A DNA stretch of 34,652 bases. It comes from a virus (Duplodnaviria > Heunggongvirae > Uroviricota > Caudoviricetes). Position numbers and translations under genes: made by a program. The notes beneath the pieces were generated by a model. It saw nothing but the letters and a program-made list of their open reading frames with translations. It ran no database searches and had not been told where the DNA came from. The stretch lies in IMG/VR virus record IMGVR_UViG_2541047785_000009; one strand, 5' to 3'. Below are positions 1-8,560 of this stretch, in pieces (the stretch's first letter is position 1; every line of letters starts with the position of its first letter).

Positions 1-1362
1 ATGTTTAAACCGGAACTCCTTTCCCCGGCGGGAACGCTGAAAAATATGCGTTACGCTTTCGCTTATGGCGCAGATGCTGTTTATGCGGGCCAGCCGCGTT
101 ATTCCCTGCGTGTGCGCAACAACGAATTCAACCACGAAAATCTTCAGCTCGGCATCAATGAAGCCCACGCGCTGGGGAAAAAGTTTTATGTCGTGGTCAA
201 CATTGCACCGCACAACGCCAAGCTGAAAACCTTTATCCGTGACCTGAAACCGGTGGTGGAAATGGGGCCGGATGCGCTGATTATGTCCGATCCAGGGCTG
301 ATTATGCTGGTGCGTGAGCACTTCCCTGAAATGCCGATCCACCTTTCGGTGCAGGCTAACGCCGTGAACTGGGCGACGGTGAAATTCTGGCAGCAAATGG
401 GCCTGACCCGCGTGATCCTCTCTCGCGAGCTGTCGCTGGAAGAGATTGAAGAGATCCGCAATCAGGTGCCGGATATGGAGATCGAGATCTTCGTTCACGG
501 CGCGCTGTGCATGGCCTACTCCGGTCGCTGCCTGCTCTCTGGCTATATCAACAAGCGCGACCCGAACCAGGGCACCTGCACCAACGCCTGCCGCTGGGAG
601 TACAACGTCCAGGAAGGGAAAGAAGATGATGTTGGCAACATCGTACACAAGTACGAGCCGATTCCGGTGCAAAATGTTGAGCCGACGCTGGGTATCGGCG
701 CACCAACCGACAAAGTGTTTATGATCGAAGAGGCCCAGCGTCCGGGCGAGTATATGACCGCGTTTGAAGATGAGCACGGCACTTACATCATGAACTCGAA
801 AGATCTGCGCGCCATCGCCCATGTAGAACGCCTGACCAAAATGGGCGTGCATTCGCTGAAAATCGAAGGTCGTACCAAATCTTTCTACTATTGTGCACGC
901 ACCGCACAGGTTTACCGCAAAGCTATCGATGACGCCGCTGCGGGAAAACCGTTCGATACCAGCCTGCTGGAAACTCTGGAAGGTCTGGCGCATCGTGGCT
1001 ATACCGAAGGTTTCCTGCGTCGTCATACTCACGACGATTATCAGAACTACGAATACGGTTATTCAGTTTCTGACCGCCAGCAGTTTGTTGGTGAGTTTAC
1101 CGGTGAGCGCAAGGGGGACCTCGCGGCGGTAGCGGTGAAAAATAAATTCTCCGTTGGCGACAGCCTTGAGCTGATGACGCCGCAAGGCAACATTAATTTT
1201 ACCCTTGAGCACATGGAAAACGCCAAAGGCGAAGCTATGCCGATAGCACCAGGCGATGGTTATACTGTGTGGCTCCCGGTCCCGCAGGATCTTGAGCTCA
1301 ATTACGCGCTGCTGATGCGTAATTTCTCCGGGGAAACCACGCGTAATCCCCACGGTAAGTGA
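1..1362 (+). CDS. yegQ: YegQ/TrhP, peptidase U32-family protein (host gene, complete)
   Basis: 453-aa ORF from the track, ATG at 1 and TGA at 1360-1362; protein recognised as E. coli YegQ; GC-rich host-like composition; forms the left chromosomal flank. Confidence 0.9.
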   Translation: MFKPELLSPAGTLKNMRYAFAYGADAVYAGQPRYSLRVRNNEFNHENLQLGINEAHALGKKFYVVVNIAPHNAKLKTFIRDLKPVVEMGPDALIMSDPGLIMLVREHFPEMPIHLSVQANAVNWATVKFWQQMGLTRVILSRELSLEEIEEIRNQVPDMEIEIFVHGALCMAYSGRCLLSGYINKRDPNQGTCTNACRWEYNVQEGKEDDVGNIVHKYEPIPVQNVEPTLGIGAPTDKVFMIEEAQRPGEYMTAFEDEHGTYIMNSKDLRAIAHVERLTKMGVHSLKIEGRTKSFYYCARTAQVYRKAIDDAAAGKPFDTSLLETLEGLAHRGYTEGFLRRHTHDDYQNYEYGYSVSDRQQFVGEFTGERKGDLAAVAVKNKFSVGDSLELMTPQGNINFTLEHMENAKGEAMPIAPGDGYTVWLPVPQDLELNYALLMRNFSGETTRNPHGK

Positions 1363-1506
1363 TTAATTTCGATTATTTTTCCCGGATGGAAAATTCTTAG
1401 AAACCGATCACATACAGCTGCATTTATTAAGGTTATCATCCGTTTCGCTGAAAAACATAACCCATAAAATGCTAGCTGTACCAGGAACCACCTCCTTAGC
1501 CTGTGT

Positions 1507-1534
1507 AATCTCCCTTACACGGGCTTATTTTTTA
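1507..1534. repeat. attL core: AATCTCCCTTACACGGGCTTATTTTTTA, direct repeat of 34150..34177
   Basis: 28-nt perfect identity with 34150..34177; the first 27 nt are the reverse complement of the P2 att core as I recall it (AAAAAATAAGCCCGTGTAAGGGAGATT). Confidence 0.85.
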
Positions 1535-1596
1535 CGCGTAATACAATGAAATAAAAGGATTTATTTCTGGTCACGTCCACACATTGACCACATCGA

Positions 1597-1621
1597 CAAA
1601 AAAGCCCCTCGACTGAGGGGC
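1597..1621 (-). terminator. Rho-independent terminator downstream of ogr
   Basis: Stem GCCCCTC / GAGGGGC with 4-nt loop; on the minus strand the stem is followed by a T6 run (plus-strand A run 1598-1603); lies just 3' of the ogr stop. Confidence 0.55.
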
Positions 1622-1634
1622 TTCCTGTTTGTAA

Positions 1635-1853
1635 TTACATCCACATAATTTGCTGCCCTGACGGCAACGGGTGCGGTCTTACGGCGTGGACTTCTCCCGG
1701 CTTCACGATGTATCGCTGTACCGACTCATAAGTGATGAACGTGGCGCTGCAATTCACGTTCTGACACTGGTGATAACGCTCTTTTGTCGTGTCAGTGATA
1801 TAGCGGCTTGTACGCGCATGTGCGGCATGCTGGCATAAAGGACAATGAAACAT
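1635..1853 (-). CDS. ogr: Ogr, zinc-finger late-gene transcription activator (72 aa)
   Basis: Track ORF 1635..1985 contains MFHCPLCQHAAHARTSRYITDTTKERYHQCQNVNCSATF...QQIMWM; ATG on minus strand at 1853..1851; Cys4 zinc-finger motif; the 44-aa upstream extension in the track is a longest-ORF artefact. Confidence 0.9.
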   Translation of the reverse strand: MFHCPLCQHAAHARTSRYITDTTKERYHQCQNVNCSATFITYESVQRYIVKPGEVHAVRPHPLPSGQQIMWM

Positions 1854-1935
1854 CGCGAGCACCTCTTCCGGTTTTGTTGATGGTGCCATTTTAGTTAATT
1901 TATCCTTATAAAACAAACAGATAAAATAAAAAACA

Positions 1936-3099
1936 TCACTCATCATCTTCTGTTTCGTACTCCACATCAGAAAGCCTGACCTCAAGCTCTAAGGACGTCG
2001 TGAAGCCGCTATTATTCAGAAAATGTGTCACCTTAGTGATTGTCCAGTCCTGCTCGTCTATGACGCGCTTAAAGCCTGACACTTTAACCGGTGTTTCCGT
2101 GTAAATATCAGCCCGACCGGTAGCCAGGCTGATGGAGAACTCCGCAACGCCCCGTTGCAGTTTATCCCACTTCGCCTGAGCGGCGCGCATGGCCTGCGCT
2201 TTCGTGGCATATACCGTAGTCAGGGCAAAAACATTGTCAGCCTCACCTGCCATGTATTCACCTTCGCGCGCTTCCGGTACTTTTGGCGCTTTCTTCTGCG
2301 TGACCGGTTTCGCTTTCGGGTGCTCCAGTGCGCGCAGGTGTTTCTCTTTCTTTTTGCGTTTCAGTTTTACCTTCTGCTTTTGCGGCTTCGGGTCTTTGGT
2401 GTGTAACCACTTTGCCGTTACGCCGGTGTAGGCTCCACGGTCAGCAATCGCAAAATGATGGCGGTCACCGTCGCTGCGGGTGATGGTGACCTGCGGGATT
2501 TTTTTACCGCTGGCCGTCACCCCCTGCCCCGCTTTGAGAAACAGCAGTTTTCCCATTTTTACCGACACCTCACCGCCGTTGCGTTCTGCAAGACGGGTCA
2601 GAAATTTCGCATCAGACTCCTGCGACTGGTCGATGTGCGGGATTTTAATTCCGGCCAGTGACGGAGCGACACTGGCTTCCAGCCTGTTACGGGAGGCTAT
2701 CGCCTCAACAATCGCACCGAGCGTGGTGTCATGCCATGAGCCTTCACGGCGGGAATTGAGCGTCCCGCGAAAATCTGCACTCCGGGCGCGGATGGTGACC
2801 ACATCCGGTGCGCCCCGGTGTTCAACCTCATCAACGGTAAATTTCCCTTTGCATACCAGGGCAAAACCTTTCCAGCCGATATACACCGTCAGGACAGCGC
2901 CACGAATCGGTAGTCCGACCTGCCCGTCGGCATCGTTCAGTTCAATATCAAGCTGGTCAGCCTCAAAGCCCCGGTTATCCGTCAGGGTCATGCTCATCAG
3001 ACGGTCGCTGATATTGCCGGTAATATCCCTGCTGTCGAGCATCAGCATGTAATCCGGCGTCAGCGTACTGCCTGCATCAAATGTCAGTGCATCCAGCAT
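1936..3099 (-). CDS. D: Tail protein D (P2 gpD-like)
   Basis: 387-aa ORF; sequence and position (between ogr and U) match P2 gpD; start overlaps the U stop. Confidence 0.9.
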   Translation of the reverse strand: MLDALTFDAGSTLTPDYMLMLDSRDITGNISDRLMSMTLTDNRGFEADQLDIELNDADGQVGLPIRGAVLTVYIGWKGFALVCKGKFTVDEVEHRGAPDVVTIRARSADFRGTLNSRREGSWHDTTLGAIVEAIASRNRLEASVAPSLAGIKIPHIDQSQESDAKFLTRLAERNGGEVSVKMGKLLFLKAGQGVTASGKKIPQVTITRSDGDRHHFAIADRGAYTGVTAKWLHTKDPKPQKQKVKLKRKKKEKHLRALEHPKAKPVTQKKAPKVPEAREGEYMAGEADNVFALTTVYATKAQAMRAAQAKWDKLQRGVAEFSISLATGRADIYTETPVKVSGFKRVIDEQDWTITKVTHFLNNSGFTTSLELEVRLSDVEYETEDDE

Positions 3100-3578
3100 T
3101 ATCCCGCCCTCGTCATACCTGTGAATCTGGTCGCCATACTGCCGGCCTTACCGATGAGCGACTCCGCCTGTTTACCGATATCGCCATAAAGCGCGGCCAG
3201 TGATTCATCAACGCGGGTGAGCGACAGCGTAAAATCAATTTTCCGGGGTGTGCCGTCTGCAAAGAAAATACTCCCTGTTTCACTCACCTTGCTGATGACA
3301 TACATGCCGTAAATCATGCCGGTGCCATCCAGCAACGGCCACGCCCGGCCTTCCTCTGCCATCAGCCTGAGCGTGGTCATCGTCAGCTTTCCGCCGGTCA
3401 GTTCGGGATAAAGCACACCGGCAAGCGTGATGTTTTCCTCACCCACACCGAGAAACTGAAAGGCATCCCGTTTACCGATACGGGAATTTGACGGCCAGCG
3501 ATAATCTGATTCACGCTGCATGGTCTGGTGTGGCAGCGTCTGGCGCATAAAAACAAACATACCTAACGCGAGCATCAT
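3099..3578 (-). CDS. U: Tail protein U (P2 gpU-like)
   Basis: 159-aa ORF in the P2 gpU position, sequence recognised. Confidence 0.9.
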   Translation of the reverse strand: MMLALGMFVFMRQTLPHQTMQRESDYRWPSNSRIGKRDAFQFLGVGEENITLAGVLYPELTGGKLTMTTLRLMAEEGRAWPLLDGTGMIYGMYVISKVSETGSIFFADGTPRKIDFTLSLTRVDESLAALYGDIGKQAESLIGKAGSMATRFTGMTRAG

Positions 3579-3592
3579 TTTTCGTCACCTCC

Positions 3593-6040
3593 TTAACCGT
3601 CATGCATCATGCTGGCACGGGCGCGCGCACGTTTATCCCGCTCGTATTTTTCGAGCGCATCCTGTAACTGGCGGTCAAGCTGTGTCCCCGGCGCAGTACC
3701 ACCCGTCAGGCTGATGTGATATTCGTTTTTACTCTGGTCTACATAAGAGCGGCCAGCCGGTGCCGTGACCGGCTGATAAGCCTGATAGCCTGCATAAGAG
3801 CTGGTCGCCGGAATATAACCACCGGTGCCATACGTGGCGGCATTAGTCCTTGCGGCGGTCTGGTCAAGTGTGTCTGACTCTTTGTTGATAACACCGAGTT
3901 TTTCCAGTACCCAGTCAATACCACTGCGCAGTTTGTTGAACGCATTAAGCGGCAGCATCAACGCGTCAGCCAGTGCCTGCCCGAACATGACGCCCGTGTC
4001 ACGGCAACGGTTCAGGGTGTCCTGTGTGGCTTTAACCGGGGCAATCAGGTTTTTAAACCACTGCCACGCGGCCTGTAACTTTTCACCCAGCCAGTCAAAC
4101 ACCGGTTTAAGTGGCGTGAACAGTTCCCCCACCGGCGCAAATGCCGCTTTCAGCCCTTCCACCACACCGCCAAAGAATGCGCTGACAGGCTCCCAGTATT
4201 TACGGATAAGCAACGCCCCGGCGACAATGGCGGCCACCACGGCCACAACCGGCCAGCTAATCGCCCCGACGGCCGTCATAACAGCACTGCCAACCGTCGT
4301 GAAGATTGCCCCCATTGCGCCTGCTGCCGCGATGATGGCATTGATGCCAGTGATAACCGGCCAGGCTACAAGACCAATGGCACCGATGATGCCAGTCAGC
4401 ACCAGTGCACCGCCGGCAATGATGCCGATGGTTGACGCCAGTGATTTGTTTTTCTGTATCCAGCCGTCGAGTTTTAACACATACTTTGTGGCCGTCTGCG
4501 TGAGCTTACGCAGTGCGCCTTCCTGCTGGTCAAACAGGTCAGTCCCCACCGCCTCATAAGCGGACTGAAACTCCTTAAAGTCACCGCCGAGATTGTCCTG
4601 CATGATATTTACCAGCTCTGAGGTCTTCCCGTCCGAGGCTTTAAACGCAGCGGTCAGTTTGTCCAGCTTTCCGGTTGAGGCGGCAGTCATCAGCACGGCG
4701 GCGGCTGAGCTGGCCTCCTCCCCGAAAATGGTTTTCATGTATTCAGCCTGCTGGGCAGTACCGAGCCGGTTTTTCTCAAAACTGGCCTGCATTTCTTTCA
4801 GAATGGTAAATACTGGTCGGGTATTCCCTTTACTGTCTGAGGTTTTCACGCCAAGCTCTTTGAGTGCATCCCATGCTTTTCCCGTCGGTGCCTGCAGGCG
4901 GCTTAACACGGCACGGCTTCCCGTCCCCGCCATTGAACCGGTAATTTTTGCATCATGCAGTGCCCCGACCATTGCGGCGGTTTCTTCAATGCTGACACCG
5001 GCATTTTTTGCCACAGGTGCGGCATAGGTCAGCGCATCGCTCATGCCGTCAAAATCGGCGGCGGTTCTGTTCATCGTCATGGAGAGAACATCCCCGATAT
5101 GAGCGACCTTATCGTTTGAAAGCTGAAAGGCGGATTTCATCCCCATCAGCAGGGCGGCGTTTTCTTCCATCGTGCGGCGGTTCGCCAGCGCCATATTCAG
5201 CGTGACCGGCGTTGCCGCCTGAATGGCATCAACATCCCCACCCGCTTTCGCGATGATTATCTGTGCACCGGCCGCATCATCCGCCGAGGCGGCGGTATTG
5301 TCGCCGAGCTGGCGCGCCTGTTTGCGTAGTGCGGTCATTTCGGCGGAGTCTTTTGCCACTCCGAGCACGGCCTGCAATTCTGAGTTTTTCTGCGCAAACT
5401 CATAACCGGGCATCAGCAACTTAACTCCGGCCATCGTTCCCGCCGCCGCAATCCCCACACCGGCAGCGCCCACTGAGGCCATATTTCCGGCCAGTTCCTT
5501 TCCGGCCTGATAACGCTGTTTTACTGCGTTAAGTTTTGCCTGTTGCGCACTGACACGCGCCAGCGCGTCACGCTGACGGTTAAGCTGTGCGGTGGTTTCA
5601 CTGATACGGTTTTTCAGTCCCTGCTCATCATGTGCAAGATTGCGGGTATTAATTCCCACAACGGCCAGTTCCCGCTGCTGGCGTTTAACGGAATCCGTCA
5701 GGCGGTTATATTTCGCCTGTAAGTCCTCCGCCGCACGCTTTGCGGATTCCAGCACTTTCGCCTGAGCACGTGTCGGACGTTCGGTGTTTTTAAACTGTGT
5801 GGCAAGGGCTTCGGCCTCCTGCCGTGCCTTTTCAAGTGCATGACCAGTCACGGCGAGCTGTGCACTGGTCTTGCGGAATCCCTCAATACGGGATGCGTGA
5901 CCGTTCAGCTCGCGCAGTGATTTTTGTGTTTCCCGGATATCCCCCGACAGCGACCTGCTCGCTGTACGGATGGATTTAAACGGGCGGGATGCCTGGTCAA
6001 CAGCCCTGAGCAATACCTGTAATTTTACATTGTTACTCAT
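3593..6040 (-). CDS. T: Tail tape measure protein T
   Basis: 815-aa ORF, same length as P2 gpT; Ala/Gly-rich with hydrophobic segments; immediately downstream of E/E'. Confidence 0.9.
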   Translation of the reverse strand: MSNNVKLQVLLRAVDQASRPFKSIRTASRSLSGDIRETQKSLRELNGHASRIEGFRKTSAQLAVTGHALEKARQEAEALATQFKNTERPTRAQAKVLESAKRAAEDLQAKYNRLTDSVKRQQRELAVVGINTRNLAHDEQGLKNRISETTAQLNRQRDALARVSAQQAKLNAVKQRYQAGKELAGNMASVGAAGVGIAAAGTMAGVKLLMPGYEFAQKNSELQAVLGVAKDSAEMTALRKQARQLGDNTAASADDAAGAQIIIAKAGGDVDAIQAATPVTLNMALANRRTMEENAALLMGMKSAFQLSNDKVAHIGDVLSMTMNRTAADFDGMSDALTYAAPVAKNAGVSIEETAAMVGALHDAKITGSMAGTGSRAVLSRLQAPTGKAWDALKELGVKTSDSKGNTRPVFTILKEMQASFEKNRLGTAQQAEYMKTIFGEEASSAAAVLMTAASTGKLDKLTAAFKASDGKTSELVNIMQDNLGGDFKEFQSAYEAVGTDLFDQQEGALRKLTQTATKYVLKLDGWIQKNKSLASTIGIIAGGALVLTGIIGAIGLVAWPVITGINAIIAAAGAMGAIFTTVGSAVMTAVGAISWPVVAVVAAIVAGALLIRKYWEPVSAFFGGVVEGLKAAFAPVGELFTPLKPVFDWLGEKLQAAWQWFKNLIAPVKATQDTLNRCRDTGVMFGQALADALMLPLNAFNKLRSGIDWVLEKLGVINKESDTLDQTAARTNAATYGTGGYIPATSSYAGYQAYQPVTAPAGRSYVDQSKNEYHISLTGGTAPGTQLDRQLQDALEKYERDKRARARASMMHDG

Positions 6041-6460
6041 TCGTGTTTCCGCTTCGCCGGAGCGCCTTTTCGCGCCATGTGATGAGTTCGGTCAGGCTCA
6101 TGGGATACAGTTCTGATGGCGGCCAGTGAAATATCACAGCCACATCCGCCATCAGGTCATCGACCGAGAGATTTTTCGGAAACGTCACTGCACCGAGTTC
6201 GGCGACAAAAAACCGACCACCTTACCGGCCAGCGCCACAAGGTCAGGCAGTTCCAGCGCGGCGACCTCCTGCTCGGTCAGCATCGGTGCCGTCATGCGCG
6301 GCAGCACTTTAATCAGTGCATCGACTTCGGAGTTTGCGACCGCAGCCAGACTGACACCGCGCAGCGTCCCGGCACTGGGTTTCATCAGCGTGACCTGTTC
6401 GATAACCTGCTCACCACGCTTGACCGGATTGTCCAGGGTAATCACATTTTCTTTGTTCAT
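6033..6460 (-). CDS. E': Tail assembly chaperone E+E' (programmed -1 frameshift product, about 141-142 aa)
   Basis: Minus-strand GG T TTT TTG at 6214..6206; after a -1 slip the frame reads VAELGAVTFPKNLSVDDLMADVAVIFHWPPSELYPMSLTELITWREKALRRSGNTNE and stops at TAA 6035..6033, overlapping the start of T (6040); worked out by hand from the sequence. Confidence 0.75.
6185..6460 (-). CDS. E: Tail assembly chaperone E (P2 gpE-like, 91 aa)
   Basis: 91-aa ORF ending ...VVGFLSPNSVQ; the slippery heptamer T TTT TTG sits 7 codons before its stop. Confidence 0.9.
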   Translation of the reverse strand: MNKENVITLDNPVKRGEQVIEQVTLMKPSAGTLRGVSLAAVANSEVDALIKVLPRMTAPMLTEQEVAALELPDLVALAGKVVGFLSPNSVQ

Positions 6461-6517
6461 GGTTTTCTCACTTCTGAATCGGGGGTTAACCGGTCAGCCT
6501 GGCTGACCGGATGAAAA

Positions 6518-7036
6518 TCACAGGCCGATATTGCGGCGGTGTTGCTCCAGCCGGTCGACGCCGTTCACCTTCTCAATCATGTTGATGGTGTCAATTTCGA
6601 CCAGCTCCTTACCGTCCATCGTCAGCCGGAAATAGGTGCAGACCACGGAGATTTTCGACTCGGTGTCTTCTCCCTGTTTACCCTCACCGGTGTCGATTTC
6701 TTTCTGACGGCCACGCATGACCACTTCGACGGCCACCGTTTCGCCGGTATCGTCGCGCTGGTAAGAGCCTGCAAAACGAATCGGCACGGCATCCACGCCG
6801 GTTGCGGCGTAAAGCTCCCAGATAACCGAATCCGGGAAGCCCCCGAGCGACCACTCCATTGACAGCGCATCGTCATCAAGGCCGAGGTCTACCGGTGCGC
6901 TGCCGTTCATCCCCGCACCGCGATAGTTTTCGAGCTTACGGGTCAGTTTTGGCAGCGTGACGGACTTTGCAACGCCCTGATAGCTGTAGCCGTTCAGAAA
7001 GACGTTCATTAACTTGAGTTTGCGCGGCATTGCCAT
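6518..7036 (-). CDS. FII: Tail tube protein FII
   Basis: 172-aa ORF, P2 gpFII length and position. Confidence 0.9.
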   Translation of the reverse strand: MAMPRKLKLMNVFLNGYSYQGVAKSVTLPKLTRKLENYRGAGMNGSAPVDLGLDDDALSMEWSLGGFPDSVIWELYAATGVDAVPIRFAGSYQRDDTGETVAVEVVMRGRQKEIDTGEGKQGEDTESKISVVCTYFRLTMDGKELVEIDTINMIEKVNGVDRLEQHRRNIGL

Positions 7037-7048
7037 CGGTCAGGCTCC

Positions 7049-8239
7049 TTAATTGCTGTTAACCGAGGTGACCAGATTTGCCAGGTATTTATCGGTAATA
7101 CGCTGGCGCAGGGTCAGGTTTTCAAGAGGAGGCACCGGGGTATAGTCATAGTCGATATACAGTTTTCCGGCCTTGAGGGTTTCCGCATCGTTGGATTCTT
7201 CGCTGAACCAGCAGGTCGCATCCACGATATAGCCGTTTGTTTTCAGCTCACGGAATTTGGCATTGATGCCGTCAACGATGTCGCGAATCAGCGTTGCAGT
7301 GATGGGCTTGTCCACCGCCCACATGTGCGCCTCAGCCATCGTGTCGGCCAGCACCTGCGCGGTGCGGGTGTAGTTTTCAAAGAGGAACAGCGGGTCATCA
7401 GAGCAGGTACGGTTACCCCAGAAGCGGAAACCGTCACGGCGAATCAGTGTTGTGACGCCTGACTCGTTAAGCAGGTCAGCATCGGTGCCGGACTCCTGCA
7501 AATCCCAGAATACAGATGCGCTGATGCCGGTAACACCGTTTACCCCGACGTTGGACAGCGTTTTATGCCAGCCCTGCTCCTGGTCGATTTTAGCGCGCAG
7601 ACCCAGCGCACGGGCGGTAGCATACGCGGTGGCGGTGGTACTGGTGACCGTATCCCATGCGAGGAAATCCGGCCAGATGACCATCAGCTCACGCTGGCTG
7701 AAATTCTGGCGGTAGGCTTTCACCTCGGAAATGGTTTTACAGCCCCATGCGCTGATATATCCGAAAGCGCGCAGCTTCTGACAGACTGATGCCAGTGCAA
7801 CAGCCACCTCTTTGGTATCCAGCCCCGGCACACCAAGAATACGCGGTTTAACACCGGTTACCGACTCCGCCGCCAGCAGGGCTTTCAGTCCGGTGTACTG
7901 ACCGTTTTCGTCAGTGGTGCCGATGATATTGGAAACGGTCTGCGCGAGTTTCGTTTCCTCGTCATCACCGGTGCCGTCTTCCACGCGCACGACAACGGTG
8001 ACCGGTTTTGACTGGTCAGCGATGGCCTGCAACGATGCCGCCAGCGTGCCTTTTTTACCGGCCTTTGCAATTGCGCTCTGCACATTGGTAATCAGTACAG
8101 GTTTATTGAGGGGAAAGGTTTCCGCATCCGCATCGCTGGCCGTGCAGACCATGCCGACAATGGCAGTGGATACGGTGGAAATGACGCGGGTGCCGTCGTT
8201 AATCTCCAGCACCTGCACGCCATGATGATAGTCACTCAT
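7049..8239 (-). CDS. FI: Tail sheath protein FI
   Basis: 396-aa ORF, P2 gpFI length and position. Confidence 0.92.
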   Translation of the reverse strand: MSDYHHGVQVLEINDGTRVISTVSTAIVGMVCTASDADAETFPLNKPVLITNVQSAIAKAGKKGTLAASLQAIADQSKPVTVVVRVEDGTGDDEETKLAQTVSNIIGTTDENGQYTGLKALLAAESVTGVKPRILGVPGLDTKEVAVALASVCQKLRAFGYISAWGCKTISEVKAYRQNFSQRELMVIWPDFLAWDTVTSTTATAYATARALGLRAKIDQEQGWHKTLSNVGVNGVTGISASVFWDLQESGTDADLLNESGVTTLIRRDGFRFWGNRTCSDDPLFLFENYTRTAQVLADTMAEAHMWAVDKPITATLIRDIVDGINAKFRELKTNGYIVDATCWFSEESNDAETLKAGKLYIDYDYTPVPPLENLTLRQRITDKYLANLVTSVNSN

Positions 8240-8330
8240 CCGTTTAACTCCGTGGTTAATGGGTGCAACTATTTTCCGTTGGGTAGTACATGAGACGCTA
8301 TTTGACCTGGCTGGTCAGTGGATGAAACAA

Positions 8331-8363
8331 CAGATAAAGAAAAGGCGGGCAACCAGCCCGCCT
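8331..8363 (-). terminator. Putative rho-independent terminator separating the V-G operon from the FI operon
   Basis: Stem AGGCGGGC / GCCCGCCT (8343-8350 / 8356-8363) with 5-nt loop; on the minus strand followed by TTTTCTTTATC. Confidence 0.45.
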
Positions 8364-8460
8364 GTCCTGATTTGTACTCACTCATTTTCCAACTGACTAT
8401 TACATAGCCCAAACGCTATCAAATCTGACAGTCTGCTTTGAGCGAGCAGCGGAAGAAATC

Positions 8461-8489
8461 TTTACACAGAGATGAAAATTATCGAAAAT
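8461..8489 (+). promoter_or_regulatory. Candidate sigma70-type promoter for the Z/fun-slot cargo gene
   Basis: TTTACA (8461-8466), 17-nt spacer, GAAAAT (8484-8489); AT-rich region about 70 nt upstream of an RBS GGAGAGAG and the ATG at 8561; weak -10, so tentative. Confidence 0.25.
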
Positions 8490-8560
8490 AGCTCTACGCG
8501 GCTGAGCGGGATGCTTATCATAAATTTGGTTTATGGTTTGTTTTAGTTCTGGAGAGAGAA

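Noticed and set aside
1363-1634. Possible tRNA or tmRNA gene at the integration site
   Set aside because: No cloverleaf-compatible structure or conserved tRNA motifs around the 28-bp core; the site lies in the yegQ-yegR intergenic region, consistent with a non-tRNA att site
1854-1985. N-terminal 44-aa extension of the ogr ORF in the track (116 aa)
   Set aside because: Ogr is a 72-aa protein beginning MFHCPLCQ at the internal ATG (1853); the extension is a longest-ORF artefact running into the D-ogr intergenic region
3825-4559. 244-aa plus-strand ORF (and several similar 60-190-aa ORFs) inside T
   Set aside because: Antisense to the well-supported tape-measure gene, Ala/Ser/Thr-rich low-complexity translation typical of GC-rich antisense frames, no RBS
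6116-6514. 132-aa and 126-aa plus-strand ORFs overlapping E
   Set aside because: Antisense to E/E'; the region is explained by E, the frameshift extension and the start of T
8472-8546. 24-aa ORF (MKIIENSSTRLSGMLIINLVYGLF) just upstream of the Z/fun-slot cargo gene
   Set aside because: Weak RBS; overlaps the candidate promoter and 5' UTR of the cargo gene; no supporting features
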